A stretch of DNA of 64,000 nt from an uncultured Gemmatimonadales bacterium (GTDB lineage Bacteria > Gemmatimonadota > Gemmatimonadetes > Longimicrobiales > Longimicrobiaceae), in NCBI GenBank assembly GCA_963716255.1, contig OY970303.1, forward strand, positions 2,496,001-2,560,000, written 5' to 3'. Numbering within the stretch: position 1 is the first letter of the stretch; every line of letters starts with the position of its first letter. The translations under genes were made by a program, and so were the position numbers. Shown here in pieces: positions 50,955-60,491 of this stretch. Under the pieces are notes generated by a model. The model did no database searches. It saw only the letters and a list, made by a program, of their open reading frames with translations, and was not told the origin of the DNA.

Positions 50955-51407
50955 ATGGATCCGGTTCTGATGGCCCTTGCCGGCAAGGCGCTGCAGCTCG
51001 TGGGACCCTACATCGCCAGGGGCGGCGAGAAGGTGGCCGAGGCGCTGGGAGAACAGATCGGGAAGCAGGTGGGGGGGCTGGTGGAGCGGATCCGCGCGTG
51101 GTTCGGCCGGGACCCCGCCGGTGCCCAGGTGCTGGAGCGCTACGGCTCCGACCCGGAGGCGAACAGGGCCGCGGCGCAGCAGGCACTGGCGGAAGGGATG
51201 GACCGCGACCCGGCGTTCCGGACCGAGCTGGAGCGCGAGGTGAACCGGTTCGGCCCGGTCCTGAGCGTGGTGCAGCGGATCCAGGACGGCGAGCGCATCA
51301 CCGGCGCCGAGATCCGCTCGATCACGCAGGGGCTGGTGCAGGTGCACCAGGACGTCGGCACGGCCAGGGACGTGACCGGAGCGAAGATCGACACGTTCGG
51401 CGGGTGA
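50955..51407 (+). CDS. Small helical (Bell/HeLo-like) protein with two C-terminal beta-rich pseudo-repeats
   Basis: GGAGG RBS; about 100 aa amphipathic helical N-domain starting MDPVLMALAG; repeats VVQRIQDGERITGAEIRSI and VHQDVGTARDVTGAKIDTF. Confidence 0.8.
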   Translation: MDPVLMALAGKALQLVGPYIARGGEKVAEALGEQIGKQVGGLVERIRAWFGRDPAGAQVLERYGSDPEANRAAAQQALAEGMDRDPAFRTELEREVNRFGPVLSVVQRIQDGERITGAEIRSITQGLVQVHQDVGTARDVTGAKIDTFGG

Positions 51408-51418
51408 GGGAGGGCGCC

Positions 51419-54400
51419 ATGCCCACCGGGGACGAATTCACCGGACGCGAATGGGTGCTGGATGCCGTCTCCGCCTGGCTGGCGGGCGGCGAGGGGCGCC
51501 ACTTCCTCCTCACCGGCGAGCCGGGGAGCGGGAAAAGCGCCATCGCCCGGCACCTCGCCGCCCTGTCGGGCGGCGCGGCCCCGGCCCATCCCGGGCTGGG
51601 GCCCGGGTGCCTGGCGGCCGCGCACTTCTGCTCGGCCCGCGACGGCACCAGCGTCGAGCCTCGCTCCTTCTGCCGCCAGGTGGCGGAGCAGCTCGCGGCA
51701 CTCCCGGGATACCCGCAGGCCCTTCTCGCGGCGGGCGACCGCGAGATCGGCGTCGACGTGAAGATGACGGTGGGAACGGCCGAGCAGGTCATCGGCGTGC
51801 AGATCGGCAACCTGGTGCTCGCCGCCACCGACCCGCAGCAGACCTTCAACCGCCTCGTCGCCGAGCCGCTCCAGGCGCTGTACGCCGGCGGGTTCACGTC
51901 GCCCGTGACGATCCTGGTGGACGGGCTCGACGAGGCGCTGGTCCCCGAGGGCGGCGCCTCGGTCGTGCGGCTGCTGGCGCGCTCGGCCGGTCTTCCGCCC
52001 ACGGTGCGCTTCGTCCTCACCAGCCGGCGCGACACGCGGGTGCTGGCCGAGCTCGGCGTGGAGGAAGGGCTGTTCCTGTCGGACCCCGCCCACGCGCCGC
52101 GCAACGACGCCGACCTGAAGCGGTACGTGGCCGTCCGGGCGGAGACCGAGCCCGCCCTTCGGGACCGCCTTGAAAAGGGAGCGGACGACTTCGCGGGCCG
52201 CGTGGCGGCGAGCGCGGACGGCAACTTCCAGTATGCCGCCTTTCTCCTGGCCGAGGTGGCGGCGGGCCGCCGGGCCGCGGGGGCGATGGAGGGCCTCCCC
52301 AGCGGGCTGGACGGATTGTACCTGGAGTCGCTGTCGCGGGTCGTGGACGCGGGGGCGCGCGGGTGGGCTCCCGCGTACCGTCCCCTCATGCGCGTCCTGA
52401 GCGTCGCGCGGGACCCCCTCACCGAAGCACAGCTGGCGGCCTTCTCCGGGCTCCCGGAAAGCGCCGTCTGGGACGCCATCGGCGACCTGCAGCAGTTCGT
52501 GGACGAGGCCGAGGCGGGCGGCACGATCGCCTTCCGCCTCTACCACCAGTCCGTCGTGGACTTCCTCCACGCCCGCCGGGTGGGTCCCGCGCGCGCGCTG
52601 AACCCGTACCTCGTCGTCGCGTCCGAAGCCCACGCGGCGGTCGCCGACGCCTGCCTCGCCCGCGGCGACGCCTGGGACCGGTGGGACGACTACGCCCTCC
52701 GCCACTGCGGCGCCCACCTGGCGGGCGCCGCAGAGCATCCGCGACCCGGACACGACGACCGCACGGCGCTGGTGGAGCTCGTGCTGAGCCCCGGCTTCCA
52801 GGCAGCGTACGTGGGCCGGCTGGAGGACCCGGTGGGGCTGGAGGACGAGCTGGAGCGCGCCCTGGCGGCCGCCACCGCCGCCGACCTTCCCGCCGGCCCC
52901 GCGCTCACCATCGAGGCGGCGCTCGGCGTGCTCGCGTTCGCCGACGCGCACCTCCGCCCCGCCCCCGTCTTCGCCCTGGCGCGCTCCGGGAACCTGGACG
53001 CGGCCGAGCGCCGCCTCGCCTCGCTGCGCGCCGACGCCGCCTGGCACCGCGCGGCGCTGCTCGCGCTGGCCTGGAACGCGGCAGCCGCGGCCCCGGACGA
53101 GGCGCGCGAGCGGCTGGAGCGCGCGGGCGAGGGCTCGCTCCAGCCCCCTCTCGGCGAGCTGCACGCCAGGATCGCGGCCGAGATGGCGGGCCTTCCCTGG
53201 AGCCCCGGGCGGCCTCTCCCGCCGGCGCCCGACCCGGTCCTGGTCGAGCAGATCCTGGACCGCCTCGGCGGCGGCCGGAGCGAAACGGGCATCGAGCCGC
53301 TGAGCATCGAGAGCGGGATCTCGGGGGACGAGGCGCCCGCGTACCTGGCCGAGATGGACGGGCCGCTCCTGGTGGCGTACGCCGCCGGGAACCCGGCGCA
53401 GGGCGACGCGGCCTTCCGCCGGTACCTGGAGATCAACGCCGCGAACGCGTACGCGTACTACCGCAACCGCTCGCTGTGGGCGCTGCTGGAGCCGGTGGTC
53501 CGGCACCCCGCCCCGGGGTGGGCGCGGGCCAGCCTCCAGGAGCTGCTGGTGGTCGCCCTCAGCCCCGCCGACCGGACGGCGTTCCGGGAGGGGCTTCCCC
53601 TGGCGGTGGGAGCCGCGTGGGCGCGCGCCGCAGGCCCGGAAATGCTTCTCCGGATGCACGCGCGGACGCAGGAGGCGGCGAGCGCCGCGCAGGAGGCCGG
53701 GGCCTCGCGCAGCCGGGGCGACCCGTGGGCGCACCACATCCGCAGGCTGGGAGCCCTGGCGGAGGTCTACCGGTGCCTGCTGGACGACGGCGCCCGCGCG
53801 GAGCCGCTGGTGGCGCAGATGATCGCCCTGCGGGTCGGCTTCGCCGGGTTCCGCTACCGCGCGTGGCTGGAGGCGGCCGATTCCGCGTTCCTCGCCGGGA
53901 AGCCGCCCTGGAGCTCGCGCGGCACGCCGTCGAGGAAGCCCGCGGCGCCGCGCACAACATCCAGGACTATGCCTTCTGCGCGCGCGCCACCGCCCGGGTG
54001 AACGCCCTGGAGGCGCTCGGGTGGCCCCCCTGCGCGGACGCGGAGCGCTTCGCGGATGCTCCCGGCGCGCCCGGGTTCACCGCGTGGCACCGGGTGGGTG
54101 AAAGCTATGCGCTGCGCGACGCCGGCTCCACCAAGCTGGAGATCCCCCCGTGGGCCCGGCAGGCGGCGACGCCGAGGGCGGTGGCCGAGCTGTACGGCGT
54201 GCCGGTGGAGGAGCTCCTGGCGGCGAACCCGGCCGCCGCGTGGGCGCCGGACGAGCTCCTTGGCCCGGACACGCGGGTCCACCTGCCGGACCCGGGCTTC
54301 GCGCCCATGGTCGCGGCCCGCCTGGGCGCGGCCGTGCTGGCGGACGCGGCGTGCCCGCCCGACCGGCGGACGCGTGCCATCACCCGGCTGGTCCCGCACG

Positions 54401-54534
54401 CCCTCGCCGACGCGCAGTCGCTGGACGCGGTGATGTCGCGGCTGGTGATCGCCGCACGCCCCGCGGGCGCCGCCCTGCAGCGGATCGCCCGCGCCGTGGG
54501 GGATGCGTACGGGATCCGGTTCGACCAGCTCTGA
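51419..54534 (+). CDS. NACHT/STAND NTPase (NLR-like) with helical repeats and a LysM-like C-terminal segment; one frameshift near 53900
   Basis: FTGREWV, Walker A GEPGSGKS, AHFC, Walker B ILVDGLDEA, FVLTSR, LYHQSVVDFL; coding continues in the -1 frame after GCCGGGAAGCC up to TGA 54534. Confidence 0.82.
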
Positions 54535-54548
54535 ACCGCCGGACGCGC

Positions 54549-54585
54549 CGCGCCCCCGCCGGGAATCCCGGCGGGGGCGCGTTTT
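54549..54585 (+). terminator. Rho-independent terminator
   Basis: CGCGCCCCCGCCGGGA/TCCCGGCGGGGGCGCG + TTTT just after TGA 54534, supporting this as the true gene end. Confidence 0.85.
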
Positions 54586-54625
54586 CGTGCTCCGTACAGG
54601 CCCCGCGGACGCCAGCGCGATGCCC

Positions 54626-54754
54626 GCGTGAGGGATTTCGGCCCGAAGGGGCGAGACCCGCGAGCAGTTTCGCGGGGCTCGACTCCGTTACGCAGCGTTG
54701 TTTGCTGCGTTACGGAGCCGAAGCCCGACCCCGGCGCCAGCCGGGGGCACGCCC
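54626..54754 (+). repeat. Family A repeat, copy 9
   Basis: Matches consensus. Confidence 0.95.
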
Positions 54755-54774
54755 AACTCCGCCGTAAAAGCCGT

Positions 54775-56586
54775 TCAAAAGCTCCACGCCCCCGTCAGGC
54801 TGAACGCCCGGTAGCGGTAGTCCGACTCGGCGGTCGGCGAGAGCGCCTGGAACCCGGAGTTGGCGTACGCCGCCGAGACCCCCACCTGCCGCCCCGGCCC
54901 CAGCACCAGGGCCAGCCCGCCGGTGCCGCGGAGCGAGCCGGACGGGTCGCCGTCGCTCGTCACCTGCTGCCACCCCGGCGCCAGCTCGCCGCTCAGCACC
55001 CAGCGGCGCCCCTCGCGCTGCACGCGCGCCACCCCCTCCGCCACCCCGTAGAAGTCGGGGTCGAAGTAGCCGTCCGTCAGGTCCCGGTCGAAGCGGAAGG
55101 CGCGCGCCGCCACGCCCAGCGTCAGCGGCCGGGCCACGCGCCGCGTGAGCGCGGCGCTCCCGGCGAGGCGCCGGTTCTCGTCGCCCGAGACGGCGCCCCG
55201 GAACTCCGTGGTGGAGGCCCCGCCCGCCAGCGTCCATCCCTGCGCGGGAGCGGCCTGCGCGGCGAGCGACCATTCCTCCGTTGCCACCCGCCGCAGCGCC
55301 AGCAGCGCGGTGCCGTCCAGCGCGCCGCGGGCGTACGCCAGCGTCGCGCCCACGGGGTAGCGGCCGGGGGTGGCGAGCGCGGCCCGCACCGTCGGCACCG
55401 GCCCGGCGTCCGCCGCGTCCGAGGCGCTCATCCCCAGCGTCCCCGCCAGGCTCCACCCCGGCTCCAGCTGCATCCACACCGTCACCGCGCCCCCCTGCGA
55501 CTGGCTCTCGGGAAGGCCGGAGCCCTCCACTCGCGCCCGGCGCAGGTACGCCTCGCCCCGCAGCTCCACCCGCGGCAGGGGGCGCCAGGCGCCGCCCGCC
55601 GCGGTGGTGGCGATGCGGTTGCCGTCCGAATCGGTCTCGTACACCAGCGAGGGCGCGGCGCGGGGGCGCATGGCCCGCCGCACCCAGGCCAGCTCGGCGC
55701 GCGCGTCCCGGTCGGTGGGGGCGATGCGCAGGGCCCGCTCCACCGCGTCCAGCGCCGCCGCGTCGCGCCCCTGCCAGCGGAGCGTCTGCGAGAGCCCCAC
55801 CAGCGAGGCCACGTCCCGCGGCGAGGCGGCGAGCGCGCGGCGCCACTCCCGCTCCGCCGCACGCAGCTTGCCGCCCCACGCCGCGGCCCGGGCGACGCCG
55901 CGCAGCGCGTCCGCGTCCCCCGGGGCGATTGCCAGCACGCGCCGGTACAGGGCCGTGGCGGAGTCCGTCCTCCCCGCCCCGGCCATGACCTGCGCCAGCC
56001 CCAGGAGGGCGGCCCGGTCGCGCGGGTCGCGGGCCAGGAGCGAGTCGTACGCGGCCCCCGCGGCCTCGAAGCGCGACGCCCAGGAAAGGACGCGGGCCCG
56101 CTCCAGCGGCGCCGAGCGGTCCTCCGGCGCGATCTCCAGGATGCGGCCGTAGGTGGCCAGCGCCTCGTCGTACGAGCCGGCCCACGACAGGAACTGCGCC
56201 CGCGCCTGAAGCGCGGGGAGGTAGCCGGGGTCTCGGGCCAGCAGGTCGTCCAGCGCCGCCGCGGCCCGCCCGGGGTCGCCCCGCCAGGCCAGCACCCGCG
56301 CCCGGTCCACCCGCGCCTCCCGGTTCCCCGGGTCGAGCGCCAGGAGCCGGTCGAAGAGGGCGAGGCCCTCGTCGTACCGCTCGCTCCAGGCGCGCGCGAG
56401 CGCCAGCCGGTGCAGCGCGAGCGCGTCGGCGGAGTCCGCGGCGAGGCGGGCCTCGTACAGGCGCGCCGCCGCTTCGGTGTCGCCGCGCACCCAGGCGGAG
56501 TCGGCGGCGTCCTGCGCCCGCGCCGCGCCCGGGAGCGCCAGCCCCGCGGCGAGCAGCGCCGCCAGGAGGAGGATGCGGCGCGTCAC
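54775..56586 (-). CDS. TPR + C-terminal beta-barrel outer-membrane protein (PgaA/BcsC/YaiO-like architecture)
   Basis: Signal peptide, repeated ARVL.W.G TPRs, GYFDP, terminal GAWSF; GTG overlaps the upstream stop. Confidence 0.8.
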   Translation of the reverse strand: MTRRILLLAALLAAGLALPGAARAQDAADSAWVRGDTEAAARLYEARLAADSADALALHRLALARAWSERYDEGLALFDRLLALDPGNREARVDRARVLAWRGDPGRAAAALDDLLARDPGYLPALQARAQFLSWAGSYDEALATYGRILEIAPEDRSAPLERARVLSWASRFEAAGAAYDSLLARDPRDRAALLGLAQVMAGAGRTDSATALYRRVLAIAPGDADALRGVARAAAWGGKLRAAEREWRRALAASPRDVASLVGLSQTLRWQGRDAAALDAVERALRIAPTDRDARAELAWVRRAMRPRAAPSLVYETDSDGNRIATTAAGGAWRPLPRVELRGEAYLRRARVEGSGLPESQSQGGAVTVWMQLEPGWSLAGTLGMSASDAADAGPVPTVRAALATPGRYPVGATLAYARGALDGTALLALRRVATEEWSLAAQAAPAQGWTLAGGASTTEFRGAVSGDENRRLAGSAALTRRVARPLTLGVAARAFRFDRDLTDGYFDPDFYGVAEGVARVQREGRRWVLSGELAPGWQQVTSDGDPSGSLRGTGGLALVLGPGRQVGVSAAYANSGFQALSPTAESDYRYRAFSLTGAWSF

Positions 56587-59276
56587 CGGGCACCGTTCCC
56601 CGCCGTGGGCGCGGCGAGCGTGCGGAACACCTCGCGCATGGCGTCGTACACGGGGCGCTTCACCTCGCGCCAGCGCGGCTCCTCCCACGTGGGCCAGCTG
56701 AACAGCGCAGCGTCCGCGGCGCTTCCGCTCGCCGGCCAGCTCCGCCACGCCGCGCCGCTGCGCGCCGCCGCGACCACGCGGATCCCCGGGATCACCTGGG
56801 TGCCGAACTCCCCGGGGGGAGGCCCCGACGCGGGATCCTGGAGGACGCGGCGGCCGCTGGGATCGGTGAAGTTCAGGAGCATCCACGGGATGCGCACCTC
56901 CAGCACGCCCTCGCGGTCCAGCCGCTCCCACATCCCGTCCGGCGCCGCGCCGCGCGGCAGGACGCCGCGGTCGTAGCCCAGGCCGGCGTACTCCGTGGAG
57001 TCGCGGCCGAAGCGGCGGCGGTTGGTGACCACCCGAAGCGAGTCGTAGCGCCCGTCCTCGTTGCGCTGCGTCACGAAGGGCCGGTTGAAGCGCTGCTGCC
57101 AGCGGCCCGTGAAGTAGCCGGGGAGCGGATCCCCGATGGCGGGCGGAGGCACGGGGGCGCCCCGCATCGCCTGCCCCGCCGGCTCCACGGCGAACGGGTT
57201 GGACGGCGGGTCCACCATCAGCCGCACCCCGTCGCCCGCGGCGCGCAGCACGAACTCCACCCCCACGGGGAGCGCCGGGCCCGCGCGCCCCGGCCAGCGG
57301 AAGTCGCCCGCCTCCGGCCGCACCACGTCGAAGCCGACGAGGAGCTCGTCCCAGGCCGGGGCGCTCCCGCGCTCGACGAGGAGCCACAGGTACGCCTCGT
57401 CGGCGGCCGCGCGAACGCGCGCCCCGTCCGGGGTGGAGTACAGCGCAGGGCGCGCGCGCCAGGCGGGGAGCCTCGCCTCCAGCGTCGCCCCGGGGACCAC
57501 TTCGCCCGGGTACTCGGCGAGCATCCCGTAGTGCTGCTCCGCATCCAGGCGGTTGAGCCAGAGCCGGTTGCGCTCCAGGGGGATCTCGAACTCGATGGCG
57601 ATCCAGTTCTTCTTGAACCACTCGTCGATCCAGGCGAACACCGCCCCGCCCGCCATCCCGGCCTCGGCGATCTCCCGCGTCAGGCGCGCGTCCGCCCGGG
57701 CCATCCCGTCCTCGGTGAGCCCGCCGTGGTGCCATCCCTGCGGCTGCAGGTGCGCGCTCCCGAAGCTGGCGGGAACCCCGTACTCCGAGATCACCACCGG
57801 CATGCCGGGGTGGTGCGCCTTGAGCTCGCGCAGGTACCCGAAGTAGTTGGAGGGCCCCAGGCTGGAGCGGGCGCTCGCGTACGCCGGGTCCAGCACCATG
57901 AAGTCCGGGTAGTACGGGTAGGCGTGGTACGAGGCGAAGTAGCCGGCCGGAAAGGCTGCGGTGGGGCGCACCAGCGAGGCGTCCAGCCCGGTGGCGTCGT
58001 TGTCGTACTCCAGCGGCTTCGCGCCCACCTGCTCGCCCAGGGCGCCGCGGATGGCGACCTCCTCCGCCACGGTGCTCTCGGTGGGGTGGTGGAGCGGGTC
58101 CAGCGTGGGCCAGTTGGTGTAGGCCACCGGGCGCTGGGCGCGGTAGGCGCGCATCTCGTAGGCGACGATCTCCTCGCACGCCTTCCCCATCCACGCGTCC
58201 ATGGGGGTCCCCCCGGACACGGCGAGGTAGCGCCCGCTCCACCCCCGCCGCCCCTCGCGCAGCCGGTTGTAGGCCACCACCGAGAAGGGCTCCCACTCGC
58301 GGCCGATGATGTAGGCCAGCACCCAGGGCGACACGTCCGCCGTGTAGAAGCCGGAGGCGTGGCCGGGGCGCGGGGCGACGTCGGCGCGCCCGTGCAGCAG
58401 GTCCACCACCCGCCGCATCTCCCCGAAGAACTCGCCCTCCCACCGCGGGTCGTCGAAGTCGTCCTCCGGCGGGAGCTCCGTCCACACGCCGTGGATCAGC
58501 CAGAGCGCCGAGTCGGGGCGCGCGACGTTCCAGTCGCGCAGCGCGGCGTAGAAGTGCGGGGGATGGATGGTGTAGACGCGGATGGTGTTCGCCCCCATCT
58601 CCGCCATCTGCCGGATCCAGCGCGCGTACGTCGCCCGGTCCGGGAACTCGCTGGGGTGCTTGCCCGGGAGCGCCGCCCCCAGGTTCACCCCCTTGACGTA
58701 GAAGGGTTCCCAGCCGCGCGCCGTGCGCACCTCGAAGCGGTCTCCGTGCGCGCGCGACGGGTACACGACGGAGTCGGGGAGGACGAGCGGGGGCCGCGCC
58801 GGCGCCGGCCCCACCCCCTCGGGGAGGCGGGCCAGGTAGTCGCGGGCCTCGGCGTTGCCGGGGTCCAGCTCGCGCACCCGCAGGAAGGCGCTGCGCACCA
58901 CGGCGAGGTCGCCCGCGCGCCAGGCGCCGATCCCGCGCCCCACCAGCGCGTCCACCGCGTCGGGGGCGTCCGCGAGCACGGCGTCGAACCAGCGCCGCGC
59001 CCCGGCGGCGTCGCCGGTCCGCAGCGCCACGTACCCCAGCCCGGTGCGGGCGTCCACGTGGGCGGGGCAGCGGCGGACCGCGGCGGCGAGCTCCCGCTCC
59101 GCGGCCGCGAGGTCCCCGGCGCGGAGACGGGTCCACCCCGCGTCGGCGGCCGGGTCGGCCGCCGCGGGGCACCCGGCCTGCGCGGACGCCGGGGCGGGAA
59201 ACGAAGCGAGGGCGCAGAGCGCCAGCCCCAGCGCGAGGAGCGGCGGGGAGGACCGGAGCAGCGAATTCTTTGGCAT
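56583..59276 (-). CDS. Secreted TPR + glycoside hydrolase-like (GH2/clan A) protein
   Basis: FYVKGVNLG, MGANTIRVYT, IIGREWEP, YHAYPYYPDF, VVISEYG, FAWIDEWFK. Confidence 0.8.
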   Translation of the reverse strand: MPKNSLLRSSPPLLALGLALCALASFPAPASAQAGCPAAADPAADAGWTRLRAGDLAAAERELAAAVRRCPAHVDARTGLGYVALRTGDAAGARRWFDAVLADAPDAVDALVGRGIGAWRAGDLAVVRSAFLRVRELDPGNAEARDYLARLPEGVGPAPARPPLVLPDSVVYPSRAHGDRFEVRTARGWEPFYVKGVNLGAALPGKHPSEFPDRATYARWIRQMAEMGANTIRVYTIHPPHFYAALRDWNVARPDSALWLIHGVWTELPPEDDFDDPRWEGEFFGEMRRVVDLLHGRADVAPRPGHASGFYTADVSPWVLAYIIGREWEPFSVVAYNRLREGRRGWSGRYLAVSGGTPMDAWMGKACEEIVAYEMRAYRAQRPVAYTNWPTLDPLHHPTESTVAEEVAIRGALGEQVGAKPLEYDNDATGLDASLVRPTAAFPAGYFASYHAYPYYPDFMVLDPAYASARSSLGPSNYFGYLRELKAHHPGMPVVISEYGVPASFGSAHLQPQGWHHGGLTEDGMARADARLTREIAEAGMAGGAVFAWIDEWFKKNWIAIEFEIPLERNRLWLNRLDAEQHYGMLAEYPGEVVPGATLEARLPAWRARPALYSTPDGARVRAAADEAYLWLLVERGSAPAWDELLVGFDVVRPEAGDFRWPGRAGPALPVGVEFVLRAAGDGVRLMVDPPSNPFAVEPAGQAMRGAPVPPPAIGDPLPGYFTGRWQQRFNRPFVTQRNEDGRYDSLRVVTNRRRFGRDSTEYAGLGYDRGVLPRGAAPDGMWERLDREGVLEVRIPWMLLNFTDPSGRRVLQDPASGPPPGEFGTQVIPGIRVVAAARSGAAWRSWPASGSAADAALFSWPTWEEPRWREVKRPVYDAMREVFRTLAAPTAGNGAR

Positions 59277-59464
59277 GGAGGGAAGTTTGACGATCACGGC
59301 ACGGGGTGGGGAACGGCCCGCCTCCCGGACACGGCCTGCCGCCACGGCGGAGCGCGGCGCGGCGGCGCGTGGGCGCGCGCCGCCGGTCCGTTCGGGTCGA
59401 TCTTCATCGCACGGGAGGGGACCCAAAGATGGCCGGTCCGCCCCGTCCGCGCAACGGCCCCCGC

Positions 59465-60310
59465 TCAGGCCGGCTGGATGCGCCGGTAGCGCGCCTCCAC
59501 CAGCTGGTAGATCCCGTATCCCACGAGCCCCAGCGCCACCCCCCCCAGCAGCCAGGGGCCGTACGCCTGCTCCTGGAGCGCCCGGAGCGCCCCGTCCAGC
59601 CCGCGCGCCTCCTCCGGGTTGGAGTGGAGCGCCGCGAGCAGCAGGAAGAAGCCCATCACCGCGAACACCACCCCGCGCGCCGCGATCCCCGCCCGCCCCG
59701 AGCGGACCGCCCACTCGCGCGCCGTGGGCCCCATGCGCGACAGGTCGAGCTGCTTGGACAGCTTCACCGCGTACGCGCGGTACAGCGCGTACAGCCCGTA
59801 GCCGATGATCCCCAGCCCCACCGCCGCCACCAGCCAGCGTCCCATCGGCTGCCGCATCAGCGTCGCCGTCCAGTCGTCCGTGCGGTCGCCGCCCCCGCCG
59901 TCGCGCCCCGCCACCATCCGCAGCGCCGCCAGCGCGAGCCCCGCGTGGATCACCCCGCTGATCGCGTATCCCGCGCGCTTCGCGGCGCCGCCCGCGTCCG
60001 TGCCCTTGTGCTCGGGGTCCAGCACGGCCTGCACGAACCGCCACAGCGCGTACCCCGCGAGCCCCAGCGCCACCAGCCCCAGCAGCAGCTTGCCGAACGG
60101 CTGCTCCAGGATGGTCCGCATCGCCCCCTGCGAGCCCTGCACCCGCTCGCCGGAGCCGAACGCCGCCCGCGCCGCGATGCCGCCGATGATGAGGTAGACG
60201 ATCCCCTTGGCCGCGTATCCCATCCGCGCCAGCTTTTCCACCCAGGGCGCGGCCTCCCGAGCCGCCGCGCGCCCGTGCCGCTGCGCCTCTCCCACTCCGT
60301 CGATCGCCAT
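59465..60310 (-). CDS. DUF1206 membrane protein
   Basis: LARMGYAAKGIVY, QPFGKLLL, GIAARGVVF, GLDGAL...YGPWLL. Confidence 0.9.
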   Translation of the reverse strand: MAIDGVGEAQRHGRAAAREAAPWVEKLARMGYAAKGIVYLIIGGIAARAAFGSGERVQGSQGAMRTILEQPFGKLLLGLVALGLAGYALWRFVQAVLDPEHKGTDAGGAAKRAGYAISGVIHAGLALAALRMVAGRDGGGGDRTDDWTATLMRQPMGRWLVAAVGLGIIGYGLYALYRAYAVKLSKQLDLSRMGPTAREWAVRSGRAGIAARGVVFAVMGFFLLLAALHSNPEEARGLDGALRALQEQAYGPWLLGGVALGLVGYGIYQLVEARYRRIQPA

Positions 60311-60491
60311 GTCACGCCTCCGCGGTGTCGGTTGGGCGGCGTGAGCGCCGCCACCCGCGTCAATGCAACAAGCGTGACGCGCGGCGTTGCCCCCCCGTGG
60401 CCGGTCCCGTAGTTTGTGCGGATTCGGACGGGTACGCCGGGAAACCGGGCACCCCCGCTCGCATGGAAATCGGCAAACCGGGAGGTGAAGC

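Noticed and set aside
50870..51418. N-terminal extension of the NACHT ORF as an effector domain
   Set aside because: It overlaps the 50955-51407 gene in another frame and is low complexity; the real start is ATG 51419 after GGAGGG
50657..54754. Composite transposon formed by inverted repeat copies 8 and 9 around the NLR module
   Set aside because: No flanking target duplication or transposase seen, and copies occur about every 6 kb, so bracketing is expected by chance
60364..60379. Sigma54 promoter for the DUF1206 gene (CGTCACGCTTGTTGCA on the minus strand)
   Set aside because: Lacks the invariant GG at -24; too weak to call
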